NCBI GenBank assembly: GCA_963726245.1
Contig: CAVSBT010000030.1
Location: forward strand, 1-64,000
DNA length: 64,000 bases
Source of the DNA: an uncultured Chloroflexia bacterium
GTDB taxonomy: Bacteria; Chloroflexota; Dehalococcoidia; DSTF01; JALHUB01
Direction: 5' to 3'
Shown: piece after piece, positions 20,264 through 30,149 of the stretch
Numbering within the stretch: the first letter of the stretch is position 1
Layout of the letters: each line of letters opens with the position of its first letter
The notes under the pieces: model-generated
Told to the model about the DNA's origin: nothing
Database searches by the model: none
Seen by the model: only the letters and a program-made list of their open reading frames with translations
Made by a program: the position numbers and the translations under genes

Positions 20264-21037
20264 ATGACATCAGGCGCGGGCACGCAGCGGCAGGAAGAGG
20301 CGGTCGGCGAAGGCAAGGTCCTCACTATCCTGGAGCACCTCCAGGAGTTCCGTCGGCGCCTCATCATCGCCTCCGCCGCCCTCCTCATCGGCACGATAGC
20401 CTCCGCGGTCTTCACCCAGCAGTTCCTCCACTGGCTGACCGCGCCCGCCAAGGACCAGGTCCAGGACCTGGCCATCATCTACACGGAACCCCTGGAGTAC
20501 TGGGGCACCTACTTCCGCGTGGCGCTGTTCGGCGGCGTGGGGCTCGCCATGCCCGTCATCGTCTACGAGATACTGGCCTTCGTCGGGCCCGGCTTGACGC
20601 GACAGGAGCGGCGCTGGGTCTACCCCATTGTCGTCGGCGCCTCGCTGGCCTTCGTGGCCGGTGCGGCCTTCGCATATTATGTCGAGTTGCCGCCCGCCCT
20701 TCGATTCCTCCTCGGCTTCAGCGGCGACGTGGCCAAGCCGTACATCAAGATCGGGAGCTACGTCAACTTCATCACGCACCTCATGCTGGTCACCGGCCTC
20801 GTCTTCGAGATGCCGCTGCTGGTTATGGGCCTGGCGAAGCTGGGCGTCGTCACCTCCCGCAAACTCCTCGGCTGGTGGCGATACGCCCTCGTCCTCGCCT
20901 TCGTGGTGGCGGCCGTCGTCACCCCCTCCATCGACCCCGTCACCCAGTCGATAGTAGCGGCGCCCATCATCGTCCTCTACTTCGTCGGCATCCTCCTGGC
21001 GAAGCTGGTCGAAGGGCGGCCGGTGATCCGGCGGTAG
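20264..21037 (+). CDS. tatC: Twin-arginine translocase TatC
   Basis: EHLQEFRRR, PGLTRQE, FEMP, TPSIDP. Confidence 0.95.
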   Translation: MTSGAGTQRQEEAVGEGKVLTILEHLQEFRRRLIIASAALLIGTIASAVFTQQFLHWLTAPAKDQVQDLAIIYTEPLEYWGTYFRVALFGGVGLAMPVIVYEILAFVGPGLTRQERRWVYPIVVGASLAFVAGAAFAYYVELPPALRFLLGFSGDVAKPYIKIGSYVNFITHLMLVTGLVFEMPLLVMGLAKLGVVTSRKLLGWWRYALVLAFVVAAVVTPSIDPVTQSIVAAPIIVLYFVGILLAKLVEGRPVIRR

Positions 21038-21164
21038 ACGAAGCTCAACCCCTGGACAATCGCGTTTCTCGCACCGATACTCTCTTGGAGAGAGCCGCGT
21101 GTTCGGCGGCCCTCTGGTCAGCCACCTTTCGAGGCCTGTCGCCAGTCGACAGCAGGAAACAGAC

Positions 21165-21389
21165 GTGGACAGCCAACTTACGAGGAGGTATCTAGGAAGG
21201 TTCTTGCTAGCGTGGCTTGCGCTGGCTGTCGTCACCCTGCCCGCGCTGTTCGTCTACCACGCGGTGATAGGAGGGGCGGATCCCAAGTTCGTTGTCTTTG
21301 GGTGGGCAGTGCTGTTCGCTTGGGGTCTCTTGGTGGGGCCAGCGTACCTCTTGTGGCGTGAATGGGTAAGGAGCCAGCGAGCAAGATGA
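21165..21389 (+). CDS. Small 2-TM hypothetical protein (possible orphan immunity protein)
   Basis: 74 aa, two TM helices, atypical codon usage, followed by RHS-like fragments. Confidence 0.55.
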   Translation: MDSQLTRRYLGRFLLAWLALAVVTLPALFVYHAVIGGADPKFVVFGWAVLFAWGLLVGPAYLLWREWVRSQRAR

Positions 21390-21412
21390 GGCCGCCAGCT
21401 CGTTGCTGCCCC

Positions 21413-21952
21413 TACACCTACGACGCCTTCGGCACCGTGCGCACCGCGCACCGGGCAGCGGAAGTCGGAGGTGACGATTCGAGAGGACGGCCAGTCGGCC
21501 TGGAATACCTGGTGCGCGGTACTATGTACGCCGCTGCACGGCGATTGGAATCGCAGTCTCCCTGTTGCTTCATGGTCACAGCGCTGCGAAACCCCGATGG
21601 ATTTGGTTCACTGGGCCTCCGGCCGATGTCTGCGTGTCTGCTGCCGAATGCAATTGGCGCTTGCGACAAGGGCAGATGCTCGCCGCTCGGCGCGCTGACA
21701 GACATCTCGCCGAGGCCTTGCTAAGCGAAGGTGGTTGATCGGCCTCGTGCTGGCAGACGTCGGGTATCGATCGCCAGTGCTAGGCGCGCGGAGTCGGGCA
21801 GCGCTGATTGTGTTCGACCCTTCTGACCGCGATCACTGGCTGCGGCTGGCAATACGGCCGTAGTCGCTCGCGGTTACCTGGCCTCGATGCGAGTCGCTCG
21901 CAATGACAGCCGGTAGTGTCACCGGCCCACCTACGCCTTCAACGGCGACGGC
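21413..21952 (+). pseudogene. Decayed RHS/YD-repeat remnants
   Basis: Short frames YTYDAFGTVR (21413-21442) and TYAFNGDG (21929-21952) in otherwise non-coding-looking DNA. Confidence 0.45.
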
Positions 21953-21970
21953 CGCTCGCGCTCCGGCAGC

Positions 21971-22645
21971 CTACCACCCCGGCGGGGCGTCGGGAGTCCA
22001 CATCATGCCCAGCAGGGCGTCGCCGCGGTCCCGGTCGACCGGTCTGAAGATCTCCCACTCGTGCGGCTCCACCCGCACCTCGATACGCGGGTAGCCGATA
22101 GGCTCGCCCGACCCGATGCAGACGAAGGTCTCCGGGTCGAAGGCGTGCACGCCGTAGGCCTGCGCGATGGCCTGACCCACCTCCTGCTGCCACGCCGTCG
22201 GCCGTACGCCCGCCTTGGGAACGACCGTCGGACTCCACGTGAGGATGCGCATGGCGGCTGGGTGCGCCATGCGGCCGCAGGACAGCCGCCGCGAGGGATC
22301 CTCGACGCCGGCGGCCCCGATGGCCCGGCCCTCCAGCGCGGCGAAGAGGCCTCGCCGGCGGAACTGGGGCGCGATGCAGCAGATGCCCGCGAGGTTGACG
22401 GCCTGCGACGGCAGGCGCGGCAGGTCCATGACCCGGCAGTCGGCGACAGCGAAGCCGGCCGGCGCGCCTCGGTGCTCGGCGAAGGCGAGATAGCGCAGCC
22501 GTTGCAGCGACTTCTCGAGGAAGGCGCGGTTCGCCTGGCGGTAGTTCATCTCGAAGAGGGCGAAGACGGTCTCGAGGTCTTGACTCGACGCCTTGGCCGT
22601 CTCGACGACCTTGAAGTCGAATGGGGAGAAGTCGCGGGCCTTCAT
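21971..22645 (-). CDS. Hypothetical protein, GNAT-like fold
   Basis: NLAGICCIAPQFRRRGLF resembles the acetyl-CoA binding motif A. Confidence 0.65.
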   Translation of the reverse strand: MKARDFSPFDFKVVETAKASSQDLETVFALFEMNYRQANRAFLEKSLQRLRYLAFAEHRGAPAGFAVADCRVMDLPRLPSQAVNLAGICCIAPQFRRRGLFAALEGRAIGAAGVEDPSRRLSCGRMAHPAAMRILTWSPTVVPKAGVRPTAWQQEVGQAIAQAYGVHAFDPETFVCIGSGEPIGYPRIEVRVEPHEWEIFRPVDRDRGDALLGMMWTPDAPPGW

Positions 22646-22726
22646 ACCGGCCGGATCATACCGCGTCGCCGCCGTGGGTGCACATCATGGTCTCTTATTT
22701 GCTAACCAGATCACCCCCTTGCCACA

Positions 22727-22756
22727 TTGACTGGGCTCCGACGCCGGTGCTATCAT
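22727..22756 (+). promoter_or_regulatory. Sigma70-type promoter
   Basis: TTGACT, 18 nt, TGnTATCAT. Confidence 0.65.
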
Positions 22757-22762
22757 CCGCCT

Positions 22763-22897
22763 AGAGGTGGCGGGGTAGAGTCTGTGGTCGCTAACTCCGA
22801 GCCGGTTGGTCGGCGCCGCGCAGGGCCCGGGTGGCCTCGCAGGCGCCCGCCAAGGCTGTGCTCGGGCGGCCGAGGCTCCCTCGCTATCGTCGTTTTT
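22763..22897 (+). ncRNA. Putative rod-shaped structured RNA, family unassigned
   Basis: Nested helices with many G-U pairs between the promoter and a TTTTT tract (see findings). Confidence 0.55.
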
Positions 22898-22931
22898 CGC
22901 CCTGGCGCGAGCTAGAAGGCGAGGGCATAGC

Positions 22932-23570
22932 GTGTCGGACGACAACCACGCCGCCATTCTGCGGCTGAATGAGGAGATTCGCGTCTGCCCCGACTGCGAG
23001 CTTTCCGCCACGCGTACCCACGCCGTCCCCGGCGAGGGCCGCCCCGACGCCGAGATTGTCTTCATCGGTGAGGCGCCGGGCTACTATGAGGACCAGCAGG
23101 CGCGGCCCTTCGTCGGGCCCGCCGGCCAGTTCCTCGACCAGCTCCTGGCCTCCATCGGCATGAAGCGCGAGGACGTCTACATCTGCAACGTCATCAAGTG
23201 CCGCCCTCCCAATAATCGAGACCCGCTGCCCAAGGAGATCCAGGCCTGCCACAAGTGGCTGGAGCGACAGTTGGAGCTCATCGCGCCCAGGCTGGTGGTG
23301 ACCCTGGGCCGCTACTCGCTCGCCAAGTACTTCCCCACCGAGCCCATCAGCCGCATCCACGGCCACGAGCGCCCCGTGGGCGACCTTGTGGTGGTGCCCA
23401 TGTACCACCCGGCGGCGGCGCTGCACCAGGCCAGCCTGCGCCGCACCATCGAGACCGATTTCAAGAAGCTGCCGGCGATCCTGGAGCATGGCCCGTCAGT
23501 CCGGGCCGGACGGCCCGGCGGTCGAGGCGCCACCCCGGTTCCGGAGCCCGAGCAGATGCGTCTGTTCTGA
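22932..23570 (+). CDS. udg: Uracil-DNA glycosylase, family 4 (Fe-S)
   Basis: CPDC, GEAPG, PFVGPAG, NVIKCRPP, HPAAAL. Confidence 0.93.
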   Translation: MSDDNHAAILRLNEEIRVCPDCELSATRTHAVPGEGRPDAEIVFIGEAPGYYEDQQARPFVGPAGQFLDQLLASIGMKREDVYICNVIKCRPPNNRDPLPKEIQACHKWLERQLELIAPRLVVTLGRYSLAKYFPTEPISRIHGHERPVGDLVVVPMYHPAAALHQASLRRTIETDFKKLPAILEHGPSVRAGRPGGRGATPVPEPEQMRLF

Positions 23571-23583
23571 GAGCAAGGCAAGC

Positions 23584-25239
23584 ATGGATAAGAAACGACT
23601 GCGCATCATACCCCTGGGGGGACTCGGAGAGATCGGCAAGAACATGATGCTCTTCGAGTACGGCGAGGACCTCATCGCCGTCGACGCCGGCCTCATGTTC
23701 CCCGAAGAGGACATGCTGGGCGTGGACCTCGTTATCCCCGACATCTCCTACATCCTCGACCATCGCCACGGCCTGAAAGCCCTCTTCATCACCCACGGCC
23801 ACGAAGACCACACCGGCGCCCTGCCCTACATTCTCCGGCGCGTGAACCCGCCCATCTACTGCACGCCGCTCACCGCCGACCTCATCGCCGTCAAGCTGAA
23901 GGAGGCCCGGCTCTTGGACAAGACCGACCTGCACCGCATCCACCCCGGAGAGCACGTGCAGGTGGGCTGTTTCGACGTGGAGCCCTTCGGCGTAGCCCAC
24001 AGCGTGCCCGACTCGGTCGGTCTGGCCATCCGCACGCCGGTGGGAACGGTCGTTCACACCGGCGACTTCAAGCTGGACCACACGCCCGTCATGGGCCAGC
24101 CCACCGACCTGGGCCGTCTGGCCCAACTGGGCAGCGAAGGCGTACTCCTCCTCCTCTCGGATTCCACCTACGTGGAGATGGCCGGCTACACGCCTTCGGA
24201 GCAGGTCGTTGGAACTTCCCTGCTCAACATCATGTCCTCGTCGGAGGGCCGGGTTATCGTGGCCACCTTCGCCTCCCTCATCTCCCGCGTCCAGCAGGTC
24301 ATCGACGCCGCCTACGCCACCGGCCGGCGGGTTTTCGTCACCGGCCGCGGCATGCTCGACAACGTGAACATGGCTGTGGAGAAGGGCTACCTGACGGTGC
24401 CCGACGGCGTCCTCGCTGGCGTCGGCGAGCTGCGGCGCCTCCCGCACAACGAGATAGCCGTAGTCAGCACGGGCAGCCAGGGAGAGCCCACCTCAGCCCT
24501 CACGCGCATGGCTAACCGCGACCACGCCCACATCAAGATCGTGCCCGGAGATACCGTCGTCCTTTCGGCGACGGCCATCCCGGGCAACGAGGCCCTTGTC
24601 TACAGGACCGTCGACAACCTCTTCCGGCTGGGGGCGCGTGTCCTCTACAACCGCATCGCCGATGTCCACGTGAGGGGTCACGCCGCCCAGGAAGAGCTCA
24701 AGATAGTCCTCAGCCTGGTCCAGCCTCAATACTTTGTGCCTGTGCACGGCGAGTACCGGCACCTGGTGCTCCACGCTCAACTCGCCCAGTCCATGGGCGT
24801 CCCCGAAGAGAACACTTTCGTCCTGGCGGACGGCGACGTGCTTGAGATCGACGAAAAGAGGGCGCACGTCGCGGGCCACATCCCGGCTGACTACGTCTAC
24901 GTGGATGGCCTGGGGGTTGGCGACATCGACCACGTGGTGCTGCGGGACCGGCAGCACCTTGCCAGCGATGGCATGATCGTGGTAGTGATAGCCGTCGACA
25001 AGCGCAGCGGCCGCGTCGTGGGAAGGCCCGACGTGGTCTCGCGGGGGTTTGTCGACGTGGAGGAATCCGAGGAGCTTCTGGAGCGCACCCGCGACATGGT
25101 GGTGGCCGCCCTGGAAGGGTCGAACCACATCGCAGAGTGGGGCGTGGTGCACAGCAAGGTCAAGGAGGCTGTCGCCAAGTTCCTCTATCAGGAGACGCGC
25201 CGGCGGCCTATGGTGCTGCCGGTGGCTGTCGAAGTGTAG
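23584..25239 (+). CDS. rnj: Ribonuclease J
   Basis: PLGGLGEIGKN, HGHEDH, HTGDFK, TGSQGEP, PVHGEYRH, RRPMVLP. Confidence 0.96.
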   Translation: MDKKRLRIIPLGGLGEIGKNMMLFEYGEDLIAVDAGLMFPEEDMLGVDLVIPDISYILDHRHGLKALFITHGHEDHTGALPYILRRVNPPIYCTPLTADLIAVKLKEARLLDKTDLHRIHPGEHVQVGCFDVEPFGVAHSVPDSVGLAIRTPVGTVVHTGDFKLDHTPVMGQPTDLGRLAQLGSEGVLLLLSDSTYVEMAGYTPSEQVVGTSLLNIMSSSEGRVIVATFASLISRVQQVIDAAYATGRRVFVTGRGMLDNVNMAVEKGYLTVPDGVLAGVGELRRLPHNEIAVVSTGSQGEPTSALTRMANRDHAHIKIVPGDTVVLSATAIPGNEALVYRTVDNLFRLGARVLYNRIADVHVRGHAAQEELKIVLSLVQPQYFVPVHGEYRHLVLHAQLAQSMGVPEENTFVLADGDVLEIDEKRAHVAGHIPADYVYVDGLGVGDIDHVVLRDRQHLASDGMIVVVIAVDKRSGRVVGRPDVVSRGFVDVEESEELLERTRDMVVAALEGSNHIAEWGVVHSKVKEAVAKFLYQETRRRPMVLPVAVEV

Positions 25240-25352
25240 AGCACCGACAGCGGAGTCTGGCGGTGCTCGGGCGAGGCTAAGGCGGGGGGCCGCGCCGACT
25301 GGCAGCCGCGCTTGGTTGGCAGCAGGCAAGCGCGATAAAGGATGCCACAGGC

Positions 25353-27785
25353 ATGGCCAAGGTAAAGAGTGCCTCGCGCGGATCGACCGGGCGTGCTGTT
25401 TCGCTCGCCCAGGCCGGTCGTCGCCGCCGGCCCCGCATCGTCGGGCGGCGCCGCGGCACTACTTCCCCGTTTGCCTTCATAGTCACCCTCGTCTTCCGCC
25501 GCGAGACGCTGGGGGCCGCCCTGGTGATCCTGGCCGGCCTGTCCGTCTCCTCGCTGGTGCCCTTCACCAAGGTCGCATCCAGCGCCCGCAACGACCTGGT
25601 GCAGGCCATAGGCCTGTGCGTCTTCCTGATCATCGGCATCCTGGCAACTGTCGGATGGCTGGTGCTGCGCCGGAGCCTCCGCTCCGCCCTGGCGCAATGG
25701 CAATGGTGGGTGGCGGGCGGTCTGGGCGCCGTCTTCCTGCTGGGCTATCTTGGCCTCTTCCGGCCTGATTGGGTGCTGGGCGGCATTTCCCTCTCCGAGG
25801 TCACAGCCGGCGGAGACCTGGGACACGCCCTTACCTCGACCGGCGTGGGCATCCTGATCTGGCTGGCCTGCGGCGCCGGGGCGGTCGTAGTTCGCTGGCC
25901 ACGGACCTCGCGACACGCGGTGGCCCGCAGCCCGCACGCAGCCGTCGTTGTCTGGCGGTGGCGTGTCCCCCAGCGTGTGTGGAATGGCCTGCGTGCGGTG
26001 CTCCAGGCCCTCTTCCCCACCCGTGTGGCGCCGGCACCGAAGCCCCAGGTGCCCGTCGACACGCTGATGTGGGCGCGTACCGCCTCCACCACGCTCCCAT
26101 CAGAGCCGGAGGTGACAGCGCCACCCGCGCCCGCCGACGAAGCCGGCCCGCCGTCCGACTTCGGCTGGCAGACGGAGCTGCCCATGCCCGGCCAAGAGGA
26201 CGCCGCTGCCGAGGCCGCGCCGCTGCTGCCCGTCGCCGCAAACGTGAGAGAGGTTGGCGGCGGCTGGATGCTACCGCCGCTGGAGGTGCTCACCACCATC
26301 GCCCCTCAGGACGATGTGAAGCCGGACAACGCCGCCCGCGCCCAGCTCATCGTCGATACCCTGGCCAGCTTCGGCGTTGACACCCGCGTCGTCCAGATCA
26401 ACGAGGGGCCGACCGTCACGCAGTTCGGCATCGAGCCCGGATGGGAGGTCAAGACACGCCTCGTCCCCGAACGCGACAGCAACGGCCGCCCGGCCCTGAA
26501 CCGCGACGGCAAGCCGAAGACGACAACCGAGGAGGTCTCGCGCACGCGGGTGCGGGTCAGCCAGATCACCTCCCTGGCTAACGACCTGGCCCTCGCCCTC
26601 GCAACGCCCTCCATTCGCATCGAAGCGCCGGTGCCGGGCAAGTCGGTGCTGGGCATCGAGGTGCCCAACAGCCTCACGTCCCTGGTCACGCTGCGCAGTG
26701 TCATCGAGAGCCCACCATTCCAGCGGCTGGGGGCCCGTTCCAAGCTGGCGCTGGCTCTCGGCAAGAGCGTCGCCGGCGAGCCGGTGGCGGCCGACCTGGC
26801 GAAGATGCCACACCTTCTCATCGCCGGCGCCACGGGCAGCGGCAAGAGCGTCTGCATCAACTCGATCATCGCCTGCCTCCTCATGCACGCCTCGCCGACA
26901 GAAGTCCGCTTCGTCATGATCGACCCGAAGCGCGTCGAGCTCTCCGCCTTCGCCCGCATACCGCACCTGGCCTTCTCCTCCATCGTCGTCGACCTCGACA
27001 AGGTGGTGGGCACTCTCCAGGCCGTCATCCACGAGATGGAGTCGCGCTACCGCCGCTTCGCCTCGCTGGCAGTGCGCAACATCGACGGCTTCAACCGCCA
27101 CCCGCGGGCGCCCTTCCGCATGCCGTTTTGGGTAGTGATCATCGACGAGCTGGCGGACCTGATGATGGCCGCCCCATACGAGGTGGAGCGCCAGATCTGC
27201 CGCCTGGCCCAACTGGCGCGCGCCACCGGCATCCACCTGATCATCGCCACTCAGCGGCCCTCCGTGGACGTGGTGACGGGCCTCATCAAGGCCAACTTCC
27301 CCACCCGCATCGCCTTCTCCGTCTCCTCCCAGGTCGACTCGCGCACGATCCTGGACGGCGCCGGCGCCGAGAAGCTCCTCGGTCGCGGCGACATGCTCTA
27401 CATGCCCACCGACGCCGCCAAGCCCAAGCGACTTCAGGGCGTCTTCGTCTCCGACCAGGAGATCGACCGGCTGGTGAACTTCTGGACGCAGGAGCGCTTC
27501 CGTGAGGTGGAGCGCACGGTCTACGACCACCTTCTCGAAGAGGCGAAGCCGGCCGTCGATGAGCTTACGGGCGCGGAGGACCCGCTGCTGGACCGGGCGC
27601 GCGAGCTTGCGGCTGAGCACAACCGCGTCTCCACTTCGCTCCTCCAGCGCCGCCTCCGCATCGGCTACCCGCGGGCCGCCCGCCTCATGGACATGCTGGA
27701 GGAGGAGGGCTCCATAGGCCCGGCCGAAGGCGGCAGCTCCCGCGAGGTCTACCTGGACCAACAGGACCCGGACGAGAGTCTGTAG
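25353..27785 (+). CDS. ftsK: DNA translocase FtsK
   Basis: N-terminal TMs, IRIEAPVPG, GATGSGKS, IIDELADLM, ATQRPS, gamma domain LQRRLRIGYPRAARL. Confidence 0.96.
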   Translation: MAKVKSASRGSTGRAVSLAQAGRRRRPRIVGRRRGTTSPFAFIVTLVFRRETLGAALVILAGLSVSSLVPFTKVASSARNDLVQAIGLCVFLIIGILATVGWLVLRRSLRSALAQWQWWVAGGLGAVFLLGYLGLFRPDWVLGGISLSEVTAGGDLGHALTSTGVGILIWLACGAGAVVVRWPRTSRHAVARSPHAAVVVWRWRVPQRVWNGLRAVLQALFPTRVAPAPKPQVPVDTLMWARTASTTLPSEPEVTAPPAPADEAGPPSDFGWQTELPMPGQEDAAAEAAPLLPVAANVREVGGGWMLPPLEVLTTIAPQDDVKPDNAARAQLIVDTLASFGVDTRVVQINEGPTVTQFGIEPGWEVKTRLVPERDSNGRPALNRDGKPKTTTEEVSRTRVRVSQITSLANDLALALATPSIRIEAPVPGKSVLGIEVPNSLTSLVTLRSVIESPPFQRLGARSKLALALGKSVAGEPVAADLAKMPHLLIAGATGSGKSVCINSIIACLLMHASPTEVRFVMIDPKRVELSAFARIPHLAFSSIVVDLDKVVGTLQAVIHEMESRYRRFASLAVRNIDGFNRHPRAPFRMPFWVVIIDELADLMMAAPYEVERQICRLAQLARATGIHLIIATQRPSVDVVTGLIKANFPTRIAFSVSSQVDSRTILDGAGAEKLLGRGDMLYMPTDAAKPKRLQGVFVSDQEIDRLVNFWTQERFREVERTVYDHLLEEAKPAVDELTGAEDPLLDRARELAAEHNRVSTSLLQRRLRIGYPRAARLMDMLEEEGSIGPAEGGSSREVYLDQQDPDESL

Positions 27786-27825
27786 CGGAGGCTTTTAGGC
27801 TTCCATCTCCTCTACGTTCGGGCAA

Positions 27826-27858
27826 CAAGAAGGGCCCCGAGATGGGGCCCAACTCTTT
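27826..27858. terminator. Hairpin between convergent ftsK and usp genes
   Basis: GGGCCCC-GAGAT-GGGGCCC flanked by A-rich and T-rich tracts. Confidence 0.6.
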
Positions 27859-27879
27859 GCCTTCTGAGTGAGGTTCGGG

Positions 27880-28320
27880 CTAGGCGGCCACCCGGTAGAG
27901 AAGCACCGGGATCCGCGAATCCCTCACTACGGCGTCGGCGACGCTCCCGAAGACCAGCCTGCCGAGATTGCGACGCGAGCGCGTAGCCATCGTGATGATG
28001 TCGCAGGCGAACTCGTCAGCGGCGTTCAGGATTTCCTTGACGGGATCGCCGATACGCACCTCGATGGAGGTTGGTATCTTCTGCTCCTCAAACCGCGGAA
28101 CGAGAGTCTTCAGATACTCCTCCGCCTGGTACACCTCGCCCTCCATGAGCGCGCCGATGCCGCCCCTGGGGACGATTGCGCCGGTCTCTCCACCCCGGGT
28201 ATCGATCACGACCATCAGCTTCACGTTGCAGCCGAAGCCCTGGGCCAAGTGCACCGCCAGCGGTACGACCGATGCAGACCGCCGCGTGCCGTCGAGCGGG
28301 ACAAGCAATCGCTTGAACAC
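27880..28320 (-). CDS. Universal stress protein
   Basis: FKRLLVPLDGT, GDPVKEIL, MATRSR..FGSVADAVVR..PVL. Confidence 0.9.
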   Translation of the reverse strand: MFKRLLVPLDGTRRSASVVPLAVHLAQGFGCNVKLMVVIDTRGGETGAIVPRGGIGALMEGEVYQAEEYLKTLVPRFEEQKIPTSIEVRIGDPVKEILNAADEFACDIITMATRSRRNLGRLVFGSVADAVVRDSRIPVLLYRVAA

Positions 28321-28510
28321 GGGTCCCCTCCTCTTGCGTCTGGAGTCTCTACTAGTTTTCGGCAGCGCATCGCCCATTCTGAAGAGGAGACAGCTACCAC
28401 GATCGGCCTACGCGTTCGTGACCCGCTGTCGCTGAAATCCGGAAGCCCCGGCCGACGGGACCGGGGCCCCCAACAACAACCAGCGGTGCGAAGCGCCTGG
28501 TCCGCCTAGC

Positions 28511-29218
28511 TTAATGCGCGAGCGTCGCCAGCGGCAGGATCACACCCAAGGCCGCTGTGCCCGCTGCCAGCGCCACGCGCACATCGCCGAGGTCGCCGGC
28601 CCGGGGCTCCCACGCCCATGTCGGCTTGGGGCCGGCGCCTCGCAGGAGGCGGTAGGAGATAGCGAGGGCCACCGCGGACACCGCGACAGCGTAGAGGCCC
28701 TTCGCCCAGATTGCGCTGCTGTCGGTGCCGGCGCGCAGACCATGCACCGTCGCCATCACGAACACCGCGAATGTCACGTAGTGTAGGGTGCGCCAGGTCT
28801 TGTAGCCGATCCGGGACCGCACGTAGAAGCTGGCGTATACCACCAGGGCCGCGTACGCCGCCAGGATTCCAAATCCTGTCCAGGCGGGGCGGTACCAGGA
28901 GGCAAACGGCACCAGGAGGTCCGCGGGGCCGAACTGAGTGTACCGGTCGAAGGCGAGAAGCAGAACATGCCCGCCGATCGCCAGGATGGTCAGGAGCGAC
29001 AGCGCCCGGTGGGTGTCGGCGACAACGCCGCGGCCCGCACTGCGCTCGCCGGCCCGCGTAGCCGTCGCCAGGCCGAAGAGCACGGAGCAAGTGGCCAGGC
29101 CATACGCCACCAGCCCCGCTGACCGGGCGGCGAACCAGATCGCTTGATTCGTTCCCGTCCCGCTGCCGATCGCCAGGAGCAGGAAAGATCCGGGCCCGCC
29201 GCTAGCGCCCCAGGGCAT
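28511..29218 (-). CDS. Ferric reductase-like (MsrQ-type) membrane cytochrome b
   Basis: WFAARSAG, four TM histidines (DTHR, GHV, WRTLHY, VHG), AGTD. Confidence 0.82.
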   Translation of the reverse strand: MPWGASGGPGSFLLLAIGSGTGTNQAIWFAARSAGLVAYGLATCSVLFGLATATRAGERSAGRGVVADTHRALSLLTILAIGGHVLLLAFDRYTQFGPADLLVPFASWYRPAWTGFGILAAYAALVVYASFYVRSRIGYKTWRTLHYVTFAVFVMATVHGLRAGTDSSAIWAKGLYAVAVSAVALAISYRLLRGAGPKPTWAWEPRAGDLGDVRVALAAGTAALGVILPLATLAH

Positions 29219-30137
29219 AAGACCCCCATTCGGGTGTGGACCGGTAGTCTCCGTCTGCGGTAACCCAGGCCATTGCGCGAAGTCCCAGCGCACGGCCCGT
29301 CTCGTCATCCTCCGACAGCGAGCCAGCGCCGAGGATCAGCCCCACCTTGGCCGCCACGTCTGCGTGCTCCGCGCTGTCAGAGATAGCCGTGCACTGGACC
29401 ACACCGGAGCCGGCCGGCTGGCCGGTGCGCGGGTCGATTATGTGGTGTACCGTCCTGCCGTCGCGCGTCCACTGTCGCCTGACCGTTGAGCTGGTCGCAA
29501 CGGCGCCGTCCTGCAGCTTGAGATAGTCGAGGCTGTCGCTATCCAGGCTGGCCGGCTCATCCACCGCCACTATCCAGCCGTCGGCGTCATCTGGCTTGCC
29601 ATGAATGCGAACGTCCCCGCCGAGGTCAACAAGCGCGCCCGGGAATGTAGCAAGCTCCGCCATGGCTGCGTCGGCAGCCGCCCCTTTCGCCACCCCGCCG
29701 AGGTCGATGCGGGCACCGGGCGGGCGGGTCACCAACCTCCGCGCCGCATCCACGTGAACCAGTCTCCAGTGAGCGCGACTCGTGGCGACAGCGCCTCTGG
29801 CTTGCGCGCCGCTGTGCACCTCTTCGAAGGTGCGGTCATAGCCTAGCGCCTCGAGATCTTCTAGCACCAGAGGATCGAACACGCCGCCCGTAAGCCGGGC
29901 GTACTCAAACGCCCGCGCGAGAAGAGCGGCGAGCTCAGCGGACACCTCGACCCGGTCCGAGGGGCCGTCGTTCAGGCGACTCAGGTCGCTGCCCGGCCGG
30001 AAGCGTGAGTACGCCTGCTCATACTCCTCTATTCGCGCGGCGGCGCGCGCCAGGGCCGTCCAACCCGCCGCCTCGTCGTTCGCATGCAGCATCAACAGGC
30101 AGTCGGTGTTCATCGCCCGCAGGCGCTTTTCAATCAT
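29202..30137 (-). CDS. apbE: FAD:protein FMN transferase
   Basis: SRFRPGSDLSRLN, GVFDP, IDLGGVAKG, VATSS, HHIIDPRTG. Confidence 0.93.
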   Translation of the reverse strand: MIEKRLRAMNTDCLLMLHANDEAAGWTALARAAARIEEYEQAYSRFRPGSDLSRLNDGPSDRVEVSAELAALLARAFEYARLTGGVFDPLVLEDLEALGYDRTFEEVHSGAQARGAVATSRAHWRLVHVDAARRLVTRPPGARIDLGGVAKGAAADAAMAELATFPGALVDLGGDVRIHGKPDDADGWIVAVDEPASLDSDSLDYLKLQDGAVATSSTVRRQWTRDGRTVHHIIDPRTGQPAGSGVVQCTAISDSAEHADVAAKVGLILGAGSLSEDDETGRALGLRAMAWVTADGDYRSTPEWGSYALGR

Positions 30138-30149
30138 GATGGTCGCTCG

